From Gammaproteobacteria bacterium (GTDB lineage Bacteria > Pseudomonadota > Gammaproteobacteria > Tenderiales > Tenderiaceae), in assembly GCA_021731365.1 (NCBI GenBank), contig JAKFXL010000036.1, positions 2,503 to 66,502 on the forward strand: a stretch of DNA of 64,000 nucleotides. The letters run 5' to 3'. Of the stretch, positions 62,564 through 64,000 are shown piece after piece; the first letter of the stretch is position 1; the number at the start of each line of letters is the position of its first letter. Under the pieces are notes generated by a model. It saw nothing but the letters and a program-made list of their open reading frames with translations, did no database searches and was not told where the DNA came from. The translations under genes were made by a program, and so were the position numbers.

Positions 62564-62668
62564 TTCTAACCAGCGCGGTCAAGCTGACAAATTTCCGCGT
62601 TCTTCGTTTGTGCTAAATAGCACAAGCCTCTCACCGCTCCAATTTGCAGCTTACCGCGAACGTTAGGT
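62564..62668 (+). repeat. attC site 3 (105 bp)
   Basis: TTCTAAC..CGCGGTCAAGCTG...TTGTGCTA AA TAGCACAA...CAGCTTACCGCG..GTTAGGT. Confidence 0.92.
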
Positions 62669-62676
62669 GCCCATAT

Positions 62677-63072
62677 ATGTCCACGCTCGAATCAATTAAT
62701 CGGCTCCTGTCAGTCGGCGCCACGCTCCTCGATCATGCAGCGGCGGAAATCCGCGACGCGAAGCTTGAGCCTGTTCGCGAGAACATTGAGAGTATTGGCA
62801 AGGCTTTGGCCGAGGTCTTTGAAATTCAGCACCAGATTTACAAGTTAAAACCTGAACTCACGCCCGAGCACCTAAAGCAGCCCAGTGAGCACTCTGCGGC
62901 CAATCGACTTCTCACCGAGTACATGTACAACGCCTCAGAATTCGAACTCGCTGGAAACATCGAACGAGCTGTCGCAATATTCCAAGAGTTCTTGGCGCTG
63001 GAGTCGTCGCCTCTGCATCGCGACATTGCAGCCGGTGAAATTGAAAGGCTTCGGAATGCCGCAGGCACCTAA
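62677..63072 (+). CDS. Hypothetical all-helical protein, 131 aa (cassette 4)
   Basis: ATG 15 bp after the crossover; stop inside R'' (CCTAAC); C-terminal TPR-like helix pair. Confidence 0.85.
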   Translation: MSTLESINRLLSVGATLLDHAAAEIRDAKLEPVRENIESIGKALAEVFEIQHQIYKLKPELTPEHLKQPSEHSAANRLLTEYMYNASEFELAGNIERAVAIFQEFLALESSPLHRDIAAGEIERLRNAAGT

Positions 63073-63144
63073 CATGGCGCTCAACCTCGCTCCCTTCGGT
63101 CGCTGGACGGCGCTAAAGCGCCGCCGGTTAGCTCTACGTTAGCA
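63067..63144 (+). repeat. attC site 4 (78 bp)
   Basis: ACCTAAC..GCGCTCAACC...CGGCGC TAAA GCGCCG..GGTTAGCTC..GTTAGCA; R'' complements GTTAGGT at 62662. Confidence 0.92.
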
Positions 63145-63153
63145 ACTAGACTC

Positions 63154-64000
63154 ATGGGCCCTGAGTACGATGACAAGTTCTTGCAGGAAACTCTAGCCCG
63201 CGCTCTCGCGGAGGAAGATAGTTACTGCGTACCTAAAGGCATCATTCGCTTTGATTACGGAAACACCCATGGCTGGTGGGTGCGCGTAAAAAGAGACAAC
63301 ACCCCGTTCCGGCAGCTATTCAGCGATGGCAATGGCAGCATTGCTGATTCGCTGAATAAAGCCATCCTGTATCGGCATGAATTGTTATCGTCATTTCCTA
63401 TGACGATCAAAGTAGCTCATAGCAGGAGCCTGCCGCTTGAACCCGAGAAACGCATATTCAGGGTAGAAGAAAAAGGTAAAAAGCAACCGTACATTGCTTG
63501 GGAAGCCAAATGGTACGACGAGAACTATGCAATAAAGCATGCGCATTTCTCGGTTAAAAAGTTTGGCGAAGATGAAGCAAAAGCTCTGGCGCTCGCAGCC
63601 GCACGCAAAAATCACAACAGACGGCCAAAACTTACAAAGATTCCTGATAACTACTTCACACACGAGTGCAAGAAAATCCTTCGCGCTGATCTTGCTGTAG
63701 CAGCCACCATTAATAGCCGTAAATCCAGCACCGCTGGGAAACAACCGTCCGAAATCATCAGCACAGACCCTTTTGCTTTTGAGGGCGAGAGGTACCTTGT
63801 TCTTCATCGTTCCATCGAGAGGGATCGGAAAATTAGAACTGCAAAATTGACCGATTTCATTCAGAAGCATGGTTCGCTTTTTTGTGAACTATGTTCATTC
63901 AGGTTTTCCGATACCTACCCCTTTCTGAAGAAAGACATAATTGAAGTGCATCATATGGTTCCGCTGTCCACATTAACAAAGGTGACAGAGACAAAACTTA
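63154..64000 (+). CDS. Tandem AP2-like DNA-binding domains fused to a McrA-type HNH nuclease (cassette 5, 3'-truncated by the window)
   Basis: Own translation, 282 codons with no stop: KGIIRFDY..THGWWVRV...FSDG; AWEAKW...FSVKKFGEDEAKALA; FEGE...H...ERD...FCELCSF.F...Y.....IEVHH.VPLS. Confidence 0.8.
   Translation, partial: MGPEYDDKFLQETLARALAEEDSYCVPKGIIRFDYGNTHGWWVRVKRDNTPFRQLFSDGNGSIADSLNKAILYRHELLSSFPMTIKVAHSRSLPLEPEKRIFRVEEKGKKQPYIAWEAKWYDENYAIKHAHFSVKKFGEDEAKALALAAARKNHNRRPKLTKIPDNYFTHECKKILRADLAVAATINSRKSSTAGKQPSEIISTDPFAFEGERYLVLHRSIERDRKIRTAKLTDFIQKHGSLFCELCSFRFSDTYPFLKKDIIEVHHMVPLSTLTKVTETKL

Larger units (their letters stand above)
59132..64000. mobile_element. Chromosomal integron: intI, attI and a cassette array continuing beyond the window
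   Basis: Divergent intI plus four attC sites. Each R'' complements the GTTRRRY at the start of its own cassette. Confidence 0.95.

Noticed and set aside
62472..62666. 64-aa GTG ORF as the product of cassette 3
   Set aside because: About half of it runs through attC3, and it shows no protein-like features.
63391..63870. 159-aa minus-strand ORF in the track
   Set aside because: Antisense shadow of the AP2-HNH gene, which has clear motifs and the normal cassette orientation.

Overview
Gammaproteobacterial chromosomal segment. The core backbone runs sfsA, mrpA'CDEFG Na+/H+ antiporter, cysC, pyrD, ABC-2 pair, acnB, tRNA-Asp, rhlE, purEK, folD, fdxA-mutS, suhB, trmJ-cysE-iscR-(extra desulfurase)-iscSUA-hscBA-fdx-iscX, ndk-rlmN-pilW-rodZ-ispG-hisS-yfgM-bamB-der and a large atypical PBP. 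Three accessory zones interrupt it. (i) About 14.8-23.7 kb: tag, a secreted Kelch protein plus partner, a USP / collapsed CPA2 antiporter / P-type ATPase module and an SDR. (ii) About 25.7-28.9 kb: a GC-rich three-gene operon coupled by ATGA overlaps (35-aa TIR-domain stump, membrane Ig-like protein, exported protein with six 46-aa TPR repeats), next to a REP-containing MITE-like element. (iii) From 59.1 kb to the end: a complete chromosomal integron (intI with LexA box, attI, four unrelated attC sites). Its cassettes encode SodC, a divergent OMPLA-like phospholipase, an apparently gene-less cassette, an unknown helical protein and a tandem-AP2 / McrA-type HNH nuclease fusion that the ORF track missed because it runs off the window. 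The AP2-AP2-HNH cassette and the TIR-stump operon are the best candidates for undescribed defence or conflict systems. All calls come from reading motifs by eye; no database searches were run.
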